The notes: generated from the letters alone by a model not told the origin. Positions 22,551-34,640 are shown, counted from the first letter of the stretch. The stretch is DNA of 64,000 nt from an uncultured virus (IMG/VR IMGVR_UViG_2061766007_000848) (IMGVR_UViG_2061766007_000848); one strand, 5' to 3'. Translations and numbers: made by a program.

Positions 22551-23441
22551 CTAATCCAGATTTGAAATTCTACTTTTAATCGTACTTAACTTTGCCTGAA
22601 TTGCCATGAATTGGGCAACATTGACTGGCGTTGACGTAGCCCCCACAGGAGAAACGACTGTTATAGCCTGAATTGCTTTCAGCATTTCATCCAAAATATC
22701 GGCAAGCGTATCGCCAAGAACCATCGGCTCCTTTCCCTTGTTGTGATTGATTTTCTTACTAACGATATCAACCTCGTTTTTTTTCGCAACAATTTCGTTA
22801 TCGAATTCATCAACGTAGTTTAAGCCCTTTCCTATTTCATAGGTGGCGGACATTTTTTCCTCGCCTTTTTCGGTTACTTTCGCCGAAAACTTTTCATTGG
22901 TTGTAAGTTCAATCGACTTGCTTCCTGTTATTTCAACCTTATTGTCACAATAAACGCTTAAAACCGAATCAGCGTTTTCGCTGGTCAATTTCAAGTTAAC
23001 ATTAGCAGGTTGGTCCTTATCGCCAACGACAGTAACATTCAAGTCAGCCGTAATTCCATCGACAAAAACTTCAACGTTGGTTGAATCCGTACCTCGTTTC
23101 AGTTTGAATTGATTTTCATCTAAAGCATAATACTCGTTTTGTCGCCTTAAGACGCCAACAATAACAGGCAGCTGCGAAATAGCGTCCTTGACCCAGACGA
23201 CGGCTGTACCCCGATTAGTTTCATCCGTAGGGAACTTAATACATTGCATCACGTTTATATCAGCATGTACGCCACTGAAATATCCGTAGCCTGAACCTCC
23301 GTTTATCGTTAGCGTGTTAGTCCTGTAGCAATCCTTAATATATTGCGTTCGGTCAACTTCTGCTGGAACAACTACAAAGCCAACCCCCGCAGAACCTATT
23401 CCTGTATCTAAATTCCGTATGCCAATTATTTCGTCATCCAT
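22551..23441 (-). CDS. Baseplate central spike (gpV/gp5-like)
   Basis: OB-fold-like N-terminus, beta-rich repeats and C-terminal EPMVLGDTL...SPVGATSTP. Confidence 0.7.
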   Translation of the reverse strand: MDDEIIGIRNLDTGIGSAGVGFVVVPAEVDRTQYIKDCYRTNTLTINGGSGYGYFSGVHADINVMQCIKFPTDETNRGTAVVWVKDAISQLPVIVGVLRRQNEYYALDENQFKLKRGTDSTNVEVFVDGITADLNVTVVGDKDQPANVNLKLTSENADSVLSVYCDNKVEITGSKSIELTTNEKFSAKVTEKGEEKMSATYEIGKGLNYVDEFDNEIVAKKNEVDIVSKKINHNKGKEPMVLGDTLADILDEMLKAIQAITVVSPVGATSTPVNVAQFMAIQAKLSTIKSRISNLD

Positions 23442-23443
23442 AA

Positions 23444-25175
23444 TTATCGACTATAAATTGTTCCATATTTGCCGTTTTCCAACCCGATGTCGATACGTTC
23501 CGTTTCAACCTCATCAACTTTAACAGTTGCAAATTTACGTTGCATTTTTTCTAAATAAACCTGCTGACGAGACATAAAGAACCCGAAATTATCAATATCA
23601 ACTTTCCATTTGGAAACGTAACTCTTCCAATTCTTTGCTGTTATATTTTCTATCTTAAAGTCCTTTCCAAAATCAATGATATTGAAATAACTATAAGTCA
23701 CGTGGTCTTTATAGGATGTTATTTTTTCGTATCCATCAATGTATCTTTTGAACATCCCCCTTGAGACTTGTAACGTCGTAGTCCTTGTTACGCCATTCGC
23801 TGTTACGTCATAATTATTTGTTACAGCGTCAACATAAAATACCTCGCCCGAAAGGCAAACAAGCGTTCCTCGTTTTATTTTTCTATCGCCAACCATCGTT
23901 ATTGTACCTCTTCGGGTGAAAGGTGCGTATGCGTTGCTTTCAATTATGAACTTGAAGTCCCGAATAGCGTTTTGCCATATTCTATCGGCATTCATGCTAT
24001 TTTCGGGCTTTTCCGTATCGTGGCGTCCCGAAAATTCCCAATTGAAATAATTACTTTCAACGCATAGCGGACGGCTGCCCCAAACTGAAGCAAACTCTGG
24101 GAAAAATACGGCTGGAATTGCCGCTGTAAGTTGCTGACTGAATAGGTCGGCATATGGCATATACCTATACCACGAATAAATTCCCTGATTATTCCAGGCT
24201 AAACTTGTTGAATATACATCTTTTTCGGGAAGATACGTCATGGTCAAGTCTATCATTTTCAGGAACCCNNNNNNNNNNNNNNNNNNNNNNNATCCAATAA
24301 TACTGATTCCCGAAAGTATCACCCATGAATTCGACAAGCGGTTCCTGGCAAACTTTCTTAAAGTAGTTTAGCAATGAGCCTTGCTGAGTCGAAATTCCCG
24401 CATCCAGAACTTGTTTATCCGAAACGGAACTATCAATCAGCAACTTGGTTATTTGCCATATTCCAGGCGCAAGCCTTTCTTTGGCCGATGTTTTTTGTTT
24501 CTTTTTCTTTTTCGGTGGGTCACATTCGGTCAAATTTATTATTGTAAGGTCTTCTCTTCGGCTATAAGTATAAACTGACTGGTCTTTTAAATCAACATCC
24601 TTGAAAGATTTTATTGGCGTTACCGCTGGGTCAAATAGAACCCGATTATCTTCCTTGGCTACAACTTTATGGTTAGCCAAAAAATAAAATAGTGGGTCAA
24701 CGGCAACAACACCCCTACGAACCTCAAAATGTAAATGTGGTCCTTGAGAACTTCCCGCATTCGGTTGGTCCGTTGGGTCACCGCCAGTTGTTCCTATTCT
24801 GTCGCCTGCTTTTATTTGCTTTCCAACTACAATATTATCGTCAACCGAATGTAAGTGCATCATCAAAACATACACTCGCAAGCCAGTTGAAGCTGGTACC
24901 TCATCATCCTCTTCCTCTGGTACATCAGGCGGAATTGTAGCCCTTATTGAAACGAATTTTCCAGCCTTCCCCTCTTGGACTCTATTTTCCATAATGACGC
25001 CATCAATTGGGGCTTTTAGGACTGTTCCAACAGGAACTGCAATATCAATTCCATCATGCGGACTAATACCGCCCCGAATGTACCTTTTCCCGAAAAGACT
25101 TGAAATTGGCAACGTTTCGTAGCCTTGAAGAAAACCCTTGATGAAAGGTCTGTATGTGTAATTTTCTCTTGCCAT
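23444..25175 (-). CDS. Baseplate hub C-terminal part with an N-terminal M23 peptidase
   Basis: M23 motifs HDGIDI, MHL and GPHLHFEVR; hub-like RRGTITMVGDR.IKRG...FYVDAVT...TTLQVSRG. Joined across the N-gap 24269-24290. Confidence 0.75.
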
Positions 25176-25177
25176 GA

Positions 25178-26485
25178 CTATTTACTTTCTGGTTCAAGTT
25201 CAATGTATTTCGTCCTATCGTCACCCCAACTTTCAAATACGTAGCCAGGAACAACTTCTACATTTGCAAGTTGCGAAATAACTCCCTTCAAAATGTAACT
25301 AATATCCATGTTAATATGGTTAGCAAAAATATCAACTTGCCCCGAAACGCCACGAACTCGATTTATTGGGTTGTTATATTGACTACTCAAAAAGTTTGCT
25401 TCCTTGATATCGCCTTGTTTACCATAACTTTGGTCGTTCACAAAAACCTGGCTTGGGTCTGAAGAAGTCGAATTATTGAAGAAAAACGAGCCGTCCTCGA
25501 TTAAAAGTTTCATCAAATCACGTCCTGTGACTTCAACGCTTGCGGTTCCCGATTGGGCGTCTTTTGTTATCTTAACTTCGTCAACGAGGCCAATCATATC
25601 AAAGGTATTTTCCGACAAAATTTTTTCGGCTGATTCAGACTCCAATAGCCATTCATTTTCCATTTCCTCGAATGAAATAAATATAAGGTCATTTGAACCG
25701 ATTAGCCAGCTGAAATAATTAGCGTCAACGTCTTGGAAGCAAGTTCTTGAAAAGAATTCCGAAGAGGGTTCCTGAAATTCGGCTCTTGAAACGTTTGCCA
25801 TTTGTCCTACTTGTTCACCGAAAACAAGCCGTAATTCTTCATCCTCTTTCATTTCATAAACGTCATCCAAACGTCCGTCACCCCTAATGACGGGAAGTTT
25901 TAAAGTAAAACTGCCGCCATTGGCGGNNNNNNNNNNNNNNNNNNNNNNNNNNNNNNNNNNNNNAAGAATTACAAATTCCCCTGATTCCTTTGAAGACATT
26001 TGAACCACTTTTTGCGTTCCCTTGCCTACAAAATATCGGCTTTTAAACCAACCGAAAACTGAACAACCAGGTTTCCTTTTAGAGCCGTGCTCGCCTAACG
26101 ACGTTCCTTCATTCTGATAAATGCTTTGAATTTTTTCATCAGCAAAAGCGTAAAAATCTTTTGTATTGACTTGAGCGTTTGTCGAAATTACCGCAACTTC
26201 AGCCGTAACCTTACTTGGATTGATTCGTAATTCGCAAGGTGCGGGCAAGTAGTCGTCAACCGATAAATCGTTGGCGCTTGTTGGCCATTTCTTATGGCGC
26301 TTTTTGTATTCTTCCTTATCGGAATCAGCGTATTGCTGGAAAATGAATTCCTTGTTTAGTTTAAACAACTCTTGGTAGGTGATTCCGTAAATATAGTTCC
26401 GTTCCATGAACTTTTTAATGTCCATGTTTTTATCCCTATTATACAAAAGGATGTATTCGTTATTATTTTGAGCTGTTTCTGCCAT
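25178..26485 (-). CDS. Baseplate hub N-terminal part
   Basis: NGGSFTLKLP, NDLIFISFE, MIGLVDEV and VTGRDLMKLLI motifs of myovirus hub proteins. Confidence 0.7.
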   Translation of the reverse strand: MAETAQNNNEYILLYNRDKNMDIKKFMERNYIYGITYQELFKLNKEFIFQQYADSDKEEYKKRHKKWPTSANDLSVDDYLPAPCELRINPSKVTAEVAVISTNAQVNTKDFYAFADEKIQSIYQNEGTSLGEHGSKRKPGCSVFGWFKSRYFVGKGTQKVVQMSSKESGEFVILXXXXXXXXXXXXXANGGSFTLKLPVIRGDGRLDDVYEMKEDEELRLVFGEQVGQMANVSRAEFQEPSSEFFSRTCFQDVDANYFSWLIGSNDLIFISFEEMENEWLLESESAEKILSENTFDMIGLVDEVKITKDAQSGTASVEVTGRDLMKLLIEDGSFFFNNSTSSDPSQVFVNDQSYGKQGDIKEANFLSSQYNNPINRVRGVSGQVDIFANHINMDISYILKGVISQLANVEVVPGYVFESWGDDRTKYIELEPESK

Positions 26486-28497
26486 TACTTATTCCCTCCT
26501 GGTTTCGGTTGCGGATTTGAAGGTTTTCCTCCGCTAATAGCCGTAAGAATTTGATTCAACACCCCGACAACGTTTGCCTCTAATTTTGTTATGCTTGATG
26601 TATAGGTAGTCGAAGTCTGGAACCATTCCATTTTATTCCTTTCCGATGCTTCTGCTACTTTTGCCGTTTTATCACCAAACCCTTCTCTCAATATTCTTCC
26701 AGCATCGGAAGTGTCGCCTGCGGCTATTTGTGAAACTATTTTTTCAAGCCTATCTGGAGCAATGTTGGGGAATAACTCTTTGAATGCAAAATATCCTGTT
26801 TGCGTTTCCATTCCACCGAAAGTTCTGGTCAAGCGCTGAACGACCGCTTGCATTATTTTTCCCTCATTCTTTGGGTCGTTTAATGCTTTATCAATCNNNN
26901 NNNNNNNNNNNNNNNNNNNNNNNNNNAACAAATCACCGACTGTTCCGTAAATCAACGATTTCATCCGTTCATTCTTCGGACTACGAATCATGTCCTGGAA
27001 TGATTGAATTTCACCGCCTATTCTTGAGTCCTGAGTTATTCCCTTAATGGCTGAAAAGGCTGCTAACATTGTATTAGCAACGTCGTAACTTGGTTTGTCG
27101 GCTCTTCCCATGTAAGAGCCCATTATTTGCTGCTGAATATCGTACTTTTCTTGAACCCTGGTGAAATCAGTTGTCGAAACGCCAGAACCCTTAATTCCGC
27201 TCAAAACAGTTACCAATTGCGAAATTGCATCAGTTACGTTTGTTCCATAAATATCGTACTTTGAACCACTTTCCAAAGCCCCTCTGGAAATACCTAATGC
27301 TCGCTCCAAGCCTATTTGTTGAAGTGACTGATTGTACCAGTCATTAGCGGTTCCTCTGGCTCTACTTCTTTTAGCAATTTCGTCAGCAAACTCAACATTA
27401 TTCAATCCAAATTCGGAATGGTTGTACCCCATATAGGAACCTTCCCCAATTTGAGCGCTCAATTCGTTTATTCCAGGACTTCCCGATACACGCAACGCAG
27501 CTAATCCTCCAAGCCCCTCATAGGCTTGCCCTGCCTTTTTAGCAATATTGTAACCGCCTGCTACAATAGCGGCAATCGCATTAGCCCGCATTGCCGTTTT
27601 CATACTGGCGCCTAATAATCCTGTAACAGCCGAAGTGCCGCCTGTTATAGCACCGCCAATATCACCGCTTTGCAAAGCCCCTAAAAAGTTTTCAACACCC
27701 TGTGTTCCTAAAAGCAATGGGTCAAAGCCCAAGCCCTTTCCCTTATCACCTTGCTGAGATTGACCTCCGCTCATCACGTTTCGGAGTTTTTCATTTACCC
27801 CCGCAAGGTCTCTGGATGCCGACATTGCTTCTTCTTCAGTTGCGGCATTATCACGCTTTTGAATAAGTTCCCGCTGTTGAGCCCGCAGTTGATTGATATA
27901 CGAATCAGGATTATCGCCCTCGTTGTCTTTGAAATACTTTACGAGGTCTTTCATTGCCGCTGTAAGGTCGGTTTCAGCCTTTGTTCTTTCACTTGCTTCT
28001 TCTTCGCCAAGTTTCCCTTCCTTCGCTTTGTATCTTCTTTCAATTTGTTGATAAAGCCCTTCTCTTTCGGCTTGCAACTTATAATCAATTTGACCAGTTG
28101 CTAATGGGTCTTGCCTTTGCGATGGACTTAATGCTTCATAGCGTTCCTTGCGTCTGCGTTCAATTTCGGCATCTGCTTCCTCATATTCCAGGTCGCGTCG
28201 TTGCAATAATTCCTGACGCTTTCCAGCGTATTGCTCGGAAATTCGGTCACTTATAGCATCACTTTGGGTTTGTCGGTATTGGTTTATGATTTGAGACATT
28301 TGCGACGGACCAGGAATGACTAATATTCCCCTGCTTCGCATTTCCCGCCTAACATCCTCAATCATTCGGTCGTTAGAAGGAACCATTCCGCCCCCATTTC
28401 CGCCCGAAGCACCCCCTGGAGTTGATGGGGTTGGGGGAGTTGCTGCGCCCCCGCCACCGCCCGCATTACCACGTACATCTATTGTCACGTTCGCCAT
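26485..28497 (-). CDS. Tape measure protein
   Basis: Helical A/G/Q-rich 670 aa protein with a hydrophobic segment, following the tail chaperones. Confidence 0.75.
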   Translation of the reverse strand: MANVTIDVRGNAGGGGGAATPPTPSTPGGASGGNGGGMVPSNDRMIEDVRREMRSRGILVIPGPSQMSQIINQYRQTQSDAISDRISEQYAGKRQELLQRRDLEYEEADAEIERRRKERYEALSPSQRQDPLATGQIDYKLQAEREGLYQQIERRYKAKEGKLGEEEASERTKAETDLTAAMKDLVKYFKDNEGDNPDSYINQLRAQQRELIQKRDNAATEEEAMSASRDLAGVNEKLRNVMSGGQSQQGDKGKGLGFDPLLLGTQGVENFLGALQSGDIGGAITGGTSAVTGLLGASMKTAMRANAIAAIVAGGYNIAKKAGQAYEGLGGLAALRVSGSPGINELSAQIGEGSYMGYNHSEFGLNNVEFADEIAKRSRARGTANDWYNQSLQQIGLERALGISRGALESGSKYDIYGTNVTDAISQLVTVLSGIKGSGVSTTDFTRVQEKYDIQQQIMGSYMGRADKPSYDVANTMLAAFSAIKGITQDSRIGGEIQSFQDMIRSPKNERMKSLIYGTVGDLXXXXXXXXXXXIDKALNDPKNEGKIMQAVVQRLTRTFGGMETQTGYFAFKELFPNIAPDRLEKIVSQIAAGDTSDAGRILREGFGDKTAKVAEASERNKMEWFQTSTTYTSSITKLEANVVGVLNQILTAISGGKPSNPQPKPGGNK

Positions 28498-28502
28498 ACT
28501 CG

Positions 28503-28820
28503 CTATTTTTTATCAAACTGACTCAAATCTAAATCGGCAAAATCATTATCAATTTCTTCATCGGTCATTTTTACAGTTTCCAAACTACCTATTCCGAAGT
28601 CATCATCGGTTACGCTGTAAACCGCTTTATTGATTTCAACTTCCTCTTCAAACTCGATTAACATATCAATAAAATTCATCGCCCGATGTTCGGGAGAACC
28701 GAAAGAAACATGGTACCTTTTGCGCCACCAATAATCTATCGGGAACTGATGCCAATCGAATAGAAAATCATCGACACTACTCTTCAGCGTCTTCTTCGGT
28801 CTCAGCCTTATTTCCGCCAT
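28503..28820 (-). CDS. Tail assembly chaperone (second)
   Basis: Between tube chaperone and tape measure; WWRKRY.....SPEH..M motif. Confidence 0.6.
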   Translation of the reverse strand: MAEIRLRPKKTLKSSVDDFLFDWHQFPIDYWWRKRYHVSFGSPEHRAMNFIDMLIEFEEEVEINKAVYSVTDDDFGIGSLETVKMTDEEIDNDFADLDLSQFDKK

Positions 28821-29171
28821 TGTTCAAGTCAATTCCTCTGAGTTCCGCCATAATTCCATCAAACCATGGCTTCAATTCATTTTGATAAGTCTCAACTAAT
28901 TCTTTCAATTGTTCGGGCGCCAGGGTTGTGTAATTTTTGATGTCGTAATACTTTGCTACAGAAGGAACACATACTTGAAGGAAGGCTATCGCGTCAACCA
29001 GGTCGAGCACGTAATACATGCTTGCTACTCCGCTTGCCGCCATAACTCCATAGCGGTTTCCTNNNNNNNNNNNNNNNNNNNNNNNNNNAGGTCAATCAGC
29101 TGTCCAACGTTGGGGAACTGAACTGTGAACGTTTTTTCACCAATGCTGAATTTTTTCTGTCTTTCAATCAT
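28777..29171 (-). CDS. Tail assembly chaperone
   Basis: Start MIERQKKF...FPNVGQLID at 29171 joins ORF 28777..29043 across an N-gap; directly after the tail tube gene. Confidence 0.65.
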
Positions 29172-29196
29172 AACTTTACAATTTAATTTTAACAAT

Positions 29197-29229
29197 AAAA
29201 AAAGCAGTACGTTTCCATACTGCTTTTCT
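29197..29229 (-). terminator. Intrinsic terminator after the tail tube gene
   Basis: Stem aaagcagta/tactgcttt followed by a T-run on the minus strand. Confidence 0.7.
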
Positions 29230-29247
29230 TATAACTGTTTAATCTTA

Positions 29248-29751
29248 TCAAACAATTCCGTTGTACAAAATCGGTTCCAAATACTCAAACTCTGTATCTC
29301 GCCCCGAAATTTGTCCTTCTTGGATGTCAAAGCCCTCGCGAGTCATGAATGCGCCGACTGTTTTAGCGAAAGTTTCGTACTTGGTCTGAACCAAGCCAGT
29401 TTCGTTATCAATCGGACCATCCTTAACTTTTCTCAGAATAGCAATTTCCAAGCCATCTTCCTGGAGCAAAATAGCGTTTGCCCATTCCTCCAATGTACCC
29501 GCATTTCTAAATGCGCCTTTCTTCAACTTGTTAGCAAGTAGGTTGAAGTTGATGGTATAGGAAGAACAAGACAAAGAACCGCTCCATTCCAAAGCAGGAA
29601 GTTCATCGGGATTCAGGCGACCAACACCCGATACCCTACCTCGTCTGATATTTTCGGTTATGCGGACATTTTTCATTTTGCCCACTGTTACCGAATTTAT
29701 TTGAATGACCGCCAAAGGAGCCGTCATTACTTTTTGATTATTCTCTGCCAT
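29248..29751 (-). CDS. Tail tube protein
   Basis: 167 aa directly after the sheath; VGKMKNVRITEN...VSGVG...P.E...L.W.GSL is typical of SPO1/Twort-like tubes. Confidence 0.85.
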   Translation of the reverse strand: MAENNQKVMTAPLAVIQINSVTVGKMKNVRITENIRRGRVSGVGRLNPDELPALEWSGSLSCSSYTINFNLLANKLKKGAFRNAGTLEEWANAILLQEDGLEIAILRKVKDGPIDNETGLVQTKYETFAKTVGAFMTREGFDIQEGQISGRDTEFEYLEPILYNGIV

Positions 29752-29770
29752 AACAATACTTTTTTATTTG

Positions 29771-31407
29771 TTACACTTCCACTGAAAAATCCAGGATGTT
29801 ACCTACGAAGAACGTCTTGTTCACAGGAACATTTGGAACAAAATCGTAAGTGATAAAGTAGTCGCTGTTTTTAGCAACAACCTTAACATTCTTCCAGGTG
29901 ATAAGCAAGTTATCGTTTCCTGGGTACGCTACAAATGAAGCAAGTTTGGTTTCGGTGAAATTCTTTACGGATTCAGGTGAAGCCTGTGCAGCCGTTTGAC
30001 CAGTGAATCTCGTTTGTCCTTCCAAAACAAGTTCTTTGTTCAGTTGAGCCTTAATCAACTCAATCGACAACTCGAATGACTGACCATCATTTGCAATAGT
30101 CTTCTTGTTATCCAAAAGGGTTGTTATGCCCTGGTTCACGCACCAATAGCCCGATACGTTACGAACATGCATGATACCTGCTTGCAACGCTTTTTCCCGC
30201 TCTTTTTTCTTCAAGTCATAAGCGAATGACTGATAGCCGACACGCTTGAAAGTAAGCGGTGTTTGCGGAGCCATACCAGCGTTCAAGCCGATTATCGCAG
30301 CTGCTAAATAAATAGTGTTCAACTGCTTGGTTCCGTTTTGGTCTTTTCTTGTAACCACTGGAGCGCCATGTACGCAAACTACCTGGCCAGAGTTGAAGAA
30401 TTTCGCAATCGACTCAGAAGAGTTTGAATCACCGAATAGGTCGTCATCCTCCTCACCGCCAGGTACCACCATGAATTCGGTGAATTTAGCCGACTGCTTC
30501 AAGAACGTAAACAAGCGACCGTTGGTGTTAGCGTTTATTCCCGCACCCGAATCAGCATTCAAGTTCGTGCAGAGGAAGAAAGTAACATCCAACTCCTCGA
30601 TTGCCTCAAGAACTTCAGCATATTCGGTGCTGCTGAGATAAGAAGTCGTACCGCCAGCAGCAACTGTTTGAGCGATAGTTGAAAGGTCGGTATCGGCAGC
30701 GCCCGTCATACTGATGTTGAACAATGCGCGCATAGCCTTGCTGTTCAAGCACCAATCGTAGAGTTCGCCAAGCGTTTCCAGACTTTCAGACTCAACCAGA
30801 ATTTCAGGCAAAGCATCGGCATACGATTTTGTGCCAAACGGCTCGCCTGCTGCANNNNNNNNNNNNNNNNNNNNNNNNNNNNNNNNNNNNNNNNNNNNNN
30901 NNNTCGCCTGCAATAATTTTTGCGGCATAACCTGCTTTCAAAATACTGTTTCCGTCAACTACTCCGTTTCCGCACAAGCCCTCGTTCTTGCACTGAAGAA
31001 CCAGAGCGTTTCCTGTAGAAATAGTCAAAGTGATACTTGCCGGAGCCGTTGTTGCGGCACGAACATAGTACAACTTTGGTGCACCCGCAGCCCCCTCGAT
31101 AGGGGTGAAGATTTTTTGAGCAATGTCGCCAACGAGACCTCCGCCCATGAAAGCAAGAAAATCTTCGTAATTGTCGAACTCGTAAACCGATTTCAACCCT
31201 TGCGACAACGTTCCATGTATTCCAGAACCTCCGGCAAACTCGTACTGCGTACCATTATAGGTATTCAGCGCCAAACCTGTGTCGATAATCATAACATTGC
31301 CAAATTCGGCTACGTTGACCACCGATGTCGGATTATAGACTGTAGCAGCATAAGAGCCTGGCTCGATACACTTCTTNNNNNNNNNNNNNNNNNNNNNNNN
31401 NNNCCAT
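29771..31407 (-). CDS. Tail sheath protein
   Basis: IEPGSY start, GAPKLYYVRA, PLTFK, VNQGITT and YDFVPNVPVNK motifs. Joined across N-gaps. Confidence 0.88.
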
Positions 31408-31463
31408 AATCTTATTTATTTTTCGTTTATAAAAAATTACATTCTATTTATACCTGTTGCTTG

Positions 31464-32153
31464 TCAAACATTATCGTTGTAATCAATTACCCGCATTTGG
31501 AAATGAAACTTCTTTGCCACTTCTCTACGTAGCAATTGGGGTACGTTATGTTCGTATTTGAAGGTCAAGTTCAAAACTTTGTGAAAAATCGGAACAGGTG
31601 TAAGGTCGTCTTGCATCACAATATCATTACCCGATAAAGTAGGAATTCTAATTCCCATCAATTCCAAGTTTGGAACAAGCATTAGCAACATGCTTTTCAG
31701 TATGTTATAGACTACGTTCACTTCCGAAGAATTATTGCTTGTTATCATTATTTGATAAGTGCAGTTGTAGGTTTGGGTGAAATAAGGTTGCGTTGCTACT
31801 TTTTCATCATCCTCGATTATTTCTTCTTCAATGTAGCCCTCGTCTTCGCCTATCGTAGCCTCGCCTTGTTCTGAAGGTAGTAAAATGTGCAACGAAATGA
31901 TTTTTGCAACCTCCTGATTGTACCCGAAATTTACGGATAGATTTTGGGGCGTCAATATCATTTTCTTTGCCTGCACAAAGTAGTTATACAAATTCATTTT
32001 TATCGGCTCACCCTCTTCATCGATACCTAAAATTTTGTACAAAATGGTTTTTTCATCTTCGGTTGCATTTTCTTTAAGGTCTTCCCGAAGCAAACGAACT
32101 ATTGCTTTCAACGTATTGTAAAGCACAACCTCTGGTAGAAGAATTCCGCTCAT
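31464..32153 (-). CDS. Tail terminator/neck protein
   Basis: Immediately upstream of the sheath; 229 aa. Confidence 0.6.
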   Translation of the reverse strand: MSGILLPEVVLYNTLKAIVRLLREDLKENATEDEKTILYKILGIDEEGEPIKMNLYNYFVQAKKMILTPQNLSVNFGYNQEVAKIISLHILLPSEQGEATIGEDEGYIEEEIIEDDEKVATQPYFTQTYNCTYQIMITSNNSSEVNVVYNILKSMLLMLVPNLELMGIRIPTLSGNDIVMQDDLTPVPIFHKVLNLTFKYEHNVPQLLRREVAKKFHFQMRVIDYNDNV

Positions 32154-32956
32154 AATATATTTTCCAAATAAGATGTTACTTCATTTTCAACTATCGTTTC
32201 AACGTCAGTTTTTTCAACCGCCTTATCCGCCAGATGTAGCGGTTTAAAGCCCTTATGAATCCAAGACAATGGGTCTGAATTTGCGCCTGCTCGTCTGAAC
32301 GTTCCGTAAGTATTTTGAGTTGTTTTTTCGTATTGAGCCGTCCTTTGCGTCAACCCCTCGTAAATCGAATTCTTGTGCTGGTATGCTGCGTAAATTACTT
32401 GACCCATTTCATTCAAAACAGCGTCACGAGATTTAGGAACATCGTATGGCGAAGGAATTTCGGCTTTCGGAAGTCCAGAGCCGGCCCCTCTTTGTTTCAT
32501 TATTTTATGAATTGCGGAAGGCATTTCTCCTGTAAATCCCGCTTGTCCTAATGTTCCTGGGGTTCCGATACGGAAGGGAATGGTCAAGTACCAATCACCG
32601 CCCTTATGAACCTGCTTACCTTTGCTATTATAAACAGGAATGGTATATTTTACTTTTTTAGATTTTTTGAACCCCTCTTTTATATCAAAGGCTGGAGCAC
32701 CTTGTTCAAGCATATTCGGAAGGACTCCTGTTAGAACAATTTGTTTAGCAAACCGCCCCTTATCAACTTTAAGTAAGTGTTGCGTGTATTCGGGAACAGT
32801 CGATTTCAGTTCCCTTTTCGCTAATGCTTCCCAATTAGCGTAAACAGCAGCCGTTACGGCATTCACGCAAGTTTCGGTTATCATGTCCACTACGTTTGCC
32901 GAAAGTCCGAATTGGGCTTGAAGGCCAGATAAATCTATTTCAATAGGCTTTGGCAT
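32150..32956 (-). CDS. Neck/tail-completion protein
   Basis: MLEQGAPAFDIK, YLTIPFR, TFRR...NSDPLSWIH motifs typical of Twort/SPO1-like neck genes. Confidence 0.7.
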   Translation of the reverse strand: MPKPIEIDLSGLQAQFGLSANVVDMITETCVNAVTAAVYANWEALAKRELKSTVPEYTQHLLKVDKGRFAKQIVLTGVLPNMLEQGAPAFDIKEGFKKSKKVKYTIPVYNSKGKQVHKGGDWYLTIPFRIGTPGTLGQAGFTGEMPSAIHKIMKQRGAGSGLPKAEIPSPYDVPKSRDAVLNEMGQVIYAAYQHKNSIYEGLTQRTAQYEKTTQNTYGTFRRAGANSDPLSWIHKGFKPLHLADKAVEKTDVETIVENEVTSYLENIL

Positions 32957-32970
32957 GTGGCATTATTTTT

Positions 32971-33818
32971 TTAGGTTTTCGGCATCACTGTATTTTCAAA
33001 TCCTTCCTCACCGAATTTTTGAGCATCGAATATGTAGTGCGCCTTTCTTGCTAATACGTTTATCGGCATTTGCCTCAAGTGTTCATCATCGTATCCACAC
33101 AACTTACTTTCACGAACTTTCATCAACTCTCTATTGACGTCTATTACGTGGTAAACAGGATAGTGAGAATATCGAATAGAAACGCTCATCAGCGGTTGCT
33201 TTTGGTTCATATCCTCTACGGGAATTATATCCANNNNNNNNNNNNNNNNNNNNNNNNNNNNGTTTTTGTCGATTTTGTACATCTCCTCTGGAATGGGCTC
33301 CAGTTTTGTAGCGTCACCGACAAACAAATATATGTTTGAAACAATTAGCGGTTCATAAACAGGATATGCTATAAGTTCGCCGTCAAAGATTATCGGTGTC
33401 AAAATTTCCGAATAATATTCCTCCAACTGCGTCAGGATAATTCTATCCATGAACCCTAATTTATCAATTCCTTTCGTTGTTATTGAAGCCGTCCCCCGAT
33501 TCACTTCACTCCAATCTTGATAGTGCTTTTTGCTATCCATGTGTTGTGATATAATTCGAGTTTCGTGCCTATCGACAAAGAACCAGCCCCTACCTNNNNN
33601 NNNNNNNNNNNNNNNNNNNNNNNNNNNNCCCTATCAACGCAAGGGCATCGCAAAGCCCTATCGATGAAAGCGTCGTAGCCTTGAGTCTGAATTAGCGTTT
33701 CAAACTTATTTACATCCCAACCCACCCTTGGGTTTATTGCCGCAGGTGGTGTTTGGAACGATGTAGGCACGTCCGTAATGATACTCTTCCTATTTCTATT
33801 ATTGCTATCAGTAGCCAT
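32971..33818 (-). CDS. Head-tail connector (stopper-like) protein
   Basis: RALRCPC motif; ORFs 33501..33818 and 32971..33540 joined across an N-gap. Confidence 0.65.
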
Positions 33819-33821
33819 GGT

Positions 33822-34618
33822 CTACAAGACTTCAAATGATATTCCACGATATTTCGATTTCAATCCAGGGATTGCTTTTTCCATGTCGTCAATATAGGTC
33901 TTAATTCTTCCGGCAAATAAACCGCCTTGAGAACTGCGTGTCAACGGAGTGTTTTGACTAACTCCGTCCAGGCTAATTGAAATAGACGTCAAGCCTATTC
34001 CATACAATACGTCTCCAATCACCGCTAAAACGTTTATTGCCGCAGCCTTGGCTACAAAGTCGAATAAATCAGCTGGAATTTTGTCCCATCCTGTTACGTA
34101 CCTCGTTCGCCAATAGTTTGGAATATAAGTTTGTCCAAACCAGCCCAGGTGCGGCGAAATGCCGTTATAGATTAGAGAATTTTGGGTCATTGTAGCCCCC
34201 TCCTTACTACCTGTGTTTGGAATCAGGTAGATGTTTCGATATATTGCAACCGATTCAATTTTCTTAATCGACAACCATTCTTTTGGATAGGTTATCTGGC
34301 AAACGTCATTAATCCATCCTTCCAAGTTATCGATGAAAGCAATAGGATACATNNNNNNNNNNNNNNNNNNNNNNTGAATTCTTGCCGAACAAAATCTCGG
34401 TTTTCTTCAATGACTTGTTTTGTCAATTTAAGACTGAATAAATTTTCAACCGTCGTTTGAGCCGAAAGTATATGCTGAGCAATAGCCGACATAGACATTT
34501 TTCGCCCATCGTTTGAACACATCGGAATTCCAAATAGGTAGTTTTCCATCAATTCCGTGGGGGACATAATCATCCCCATGTTCTTGTTGTATTGTATTTT
34601 AAGTCTTAAACTTGGCAT
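33822..34618 (-). CDS. Head-tail adaptor protein
   Basis: YLFGIP, P.YW...YVTGW..IP.DL and SISLDGVSQ motifs. Joined across an N-gap. Confidence 0.72.
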
Positions 34619-34640
34619 ATCAGGACAATGTAAAAAGTGA

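Noticed and set aside
28503..29171. Programmed frameshift between the two tail chaperone ORFs
   Set aside because: The ORFs overlap, but I found no convincing slippery heptamer and the second ORF has its own ATG.
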